Assembly: GCA_005843805.1 (NCBI GenBank)
Contig: SZXY01000155.1
Location: 20,717-84,716 of the forward strand
Direction: 5' to 3'
From: Chlorobium sp.
Lineage (GTDB): Bacteria; Bacteroidota; Chlorobiia; Chlorobiales; Chlorobiaceae
Length of the DNA stretch: 64,000 nt
The position numbers and the translations under genes are program-made. Position 1 is the first letter of the stretch; every line of letters starts with the position of its first letter. Below are positions 62,692-64,000 of the stretch, one piece after another. The notes beneath the pieces were generated by a model. The model did not search any database, was not told the DNA's origin, and saw only the letters and a program-made list of their open reading frames with translations.

Positions 62692-64000
62692 GAGGATTTT
62701 TTGTTCACGTTTCCAGTTGCAAGCCTCACCTTAATAATCCTCTTTTTTTCAACCCTCAAACCAGGCGCAATGCTCTGGCTGACAACAACCCCGTCAATAT
62801 CTCCCGAAAAATCCACATCGAGTTTAAGCCATTTCAGTAATCGCTTCGCCTCGTTACCCTTCATACCCACAAGCTCTGGCATTGCAACGGTAGAAACAGA
62901 ATCAATCCCTGCCTGTTCCGGAGAACGAAAGGCAAGATTCTTCTGCATTTCCCCCGAACAGGCAATCATTCTCGATGTAATGGAGGAAAAAACCGGAGCA
63001 GCAACCGTGGCGGCATAATAGGCCGTTTTTGGATTTTCAACAAGCACAATAATTGCATAACGGGGAGCCTCAACCGGAAAAAATCCGACAAATGAAGAGA
63101 CATAAACCGGTGTGGAATAGGAGCCTGCAGCCGCACGCCTTGCCGTGCCAGTCTTGCCTGCAACACTGATTCCTGGCACCGAAGCGCTTTTGGCCGTTCC
63201 GCTGTCAACTACCGCCTTGAAATACTCCTTTCCGAGATATTTGGCGGTTTCCGGCAAAACCACCTGCCTGACTTTTTCAGGCACACTCTCCCGAAGCACT
63301 TTCCCTTCTGCATCGATCACCTTCTTGATAATGAAGGGCTTCATCAGCCCTCCATCATTGGCAATGGCCGCATAAGCCTGCAATATCTGCAGGGGCGTAG
63401 CCATAACCTGATAGCCATATCCCATCCAGGGAAGCGTGGTGCGGTCCCAATGCTCAAACGTCCTTACCCTTCCCGGCGACTCACCTACCAGGCCGATACC
63501 GGTTTTCACGCCAAACCCAAAATTTCTTGTATAGGCATTGAACTTCTCACTCCCAACCGCCATGGCGGTCTTGGCCGCAACAATGTTGCTTGAATACATG
63601 ATTGCCTGCCGAAACGTTATGTTGCCATAAGGTTCATGATCCCTGATCGAGAGGTTATAGATCGGCATAACACCATTATTGGCAAACACCATATCTTCAG
63701 CTTTTCTTTTCAGCACTTCAGTTGCCGCAGCAGCCATGACAAGCTTGAAGGTTGAGCCAGGTTCATAACTGTCTGTCACCGAACGATTTCGAGACTTTTC
63801 AGGTGTCCATGTTGTTCTCTGGTTAAGATCAAAAGAGGGGTTACTCGCCATTGCCAGAATCTCTCCGGTACGAACATCCATGACAATACTCGACGCAGCA
63901 TCAGCCCGAAACGTATTGACTGCCTTTGAGAGTTCATCTTCGACAATACTTTGAATATCGGCATCAAGGGTCAACTGTACGCTATTACCCTTTATGGCTG
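62688..64000 (-). CDS. ftsI: Penicillin-binding protein FtsI/PBP3 with C-terminal PASTA domain (5' end beyond the window)
   Basis: YEPGSTFK (SxxK), SSN (SxN), GKTGT (KTG), PASTA-like tail; frame open to the window edge (AIKGNSVQLTLD). Confidence 0.93.
   Translation of the reverse strand, partial: AIKGNSVQLTLDADIQSIVEDELSKAVNTFRADAASSIVMDVRTGEILAMASNPSFDLNQRTTWTPEKSRNRSVTDSYEPGSTFKLVMAAAATEVLKRKAEDMVFANNGVMPIYNLSIRDHEPYGNITFRQAIMYSSNIVAAKTAMAVGSEKFNAYTRNFGFGVKTGIGLVGESPGRVRTFEHWDRTTLPWMGYGYQVMATPLQILQAYAAIANDGGLMKPFIIKKVIDAEGKVLRESVPEKVRQVVLPETAKYLGKEYFKAVVDSGTAKSASVPGISVAGKTGTARRAAAGSYSTPVYVSSFVGFFPVEAPRYAIIVLVENPKTAYYAATVAAPVFSSITSRMIACSGEMQKNLAFRSPEQAGIDSVSTVAMPELVGMKGNEAKRLLKWLKLDVDFSGDIDGVVVSQSIAPGLRVEKKRIIKVRLATGNVNKKSS

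Noticed and set aside
1-64000. CRISPR array, IS/transposase, integrase, reverse transcriptase/DGR, rRNA
   Set aside because: No regularly spaced repeats, DDE/tyrosine/serine recombinase or RT motifs, or rRNA-like sequence were found by reading.

Overview
Mostly core chromosome of a green sulfur bacterium (Chlorobiaceae-like; inferred from protein features and gene order, not from a database search). In order: partial NlpC/P60 gene, prmA, ppx, a THUMP-like methyltransferase, a repeat-flanked and frameshifted four-helix-bundle gene, an acyl-CoA ligase, a complete birA-bioB-bioF-bioG-bioC-bioD-bioA operon with a clear BirA operator, an amidase, topA, feoAB, a HIT gene and a HlyC/CorC gene. An accessory-looking stretch follows (~21.6-30.4 kb): hypothetical gene, AT-rich sigma54 response regulator plus PAS kinase whose 5' PAS domains have decayed, a secreted Ala/Lys/Pro-rich peptide, an orphan CI/Cro-like divergent pair and an AAA-ATPase/PD-(D/E)xK gene. 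The rest is core: sdh/frd CAB, cyclase, esterase, rlpA, transaldolase, deoxyhypusine-synthase-like gene, SRP RNA, trpS, HAD phosphatase, argS, nadD, bamD, tRNA-Ala(CGC), the F0+delta atp cluster, pgeF, a CoA transferase and the dcw cluster (ftsI partial to ftsZ). No CRISPR array, transposase, integrase or rRNA was seen. The best leads are the four-helix-bundle cassette with its 9-bp-unit inverted/direct repeats, the eroded and apparently chimeric PAS kinase, and the phage-less CI/Cro switch with a degenerate S24 domain.
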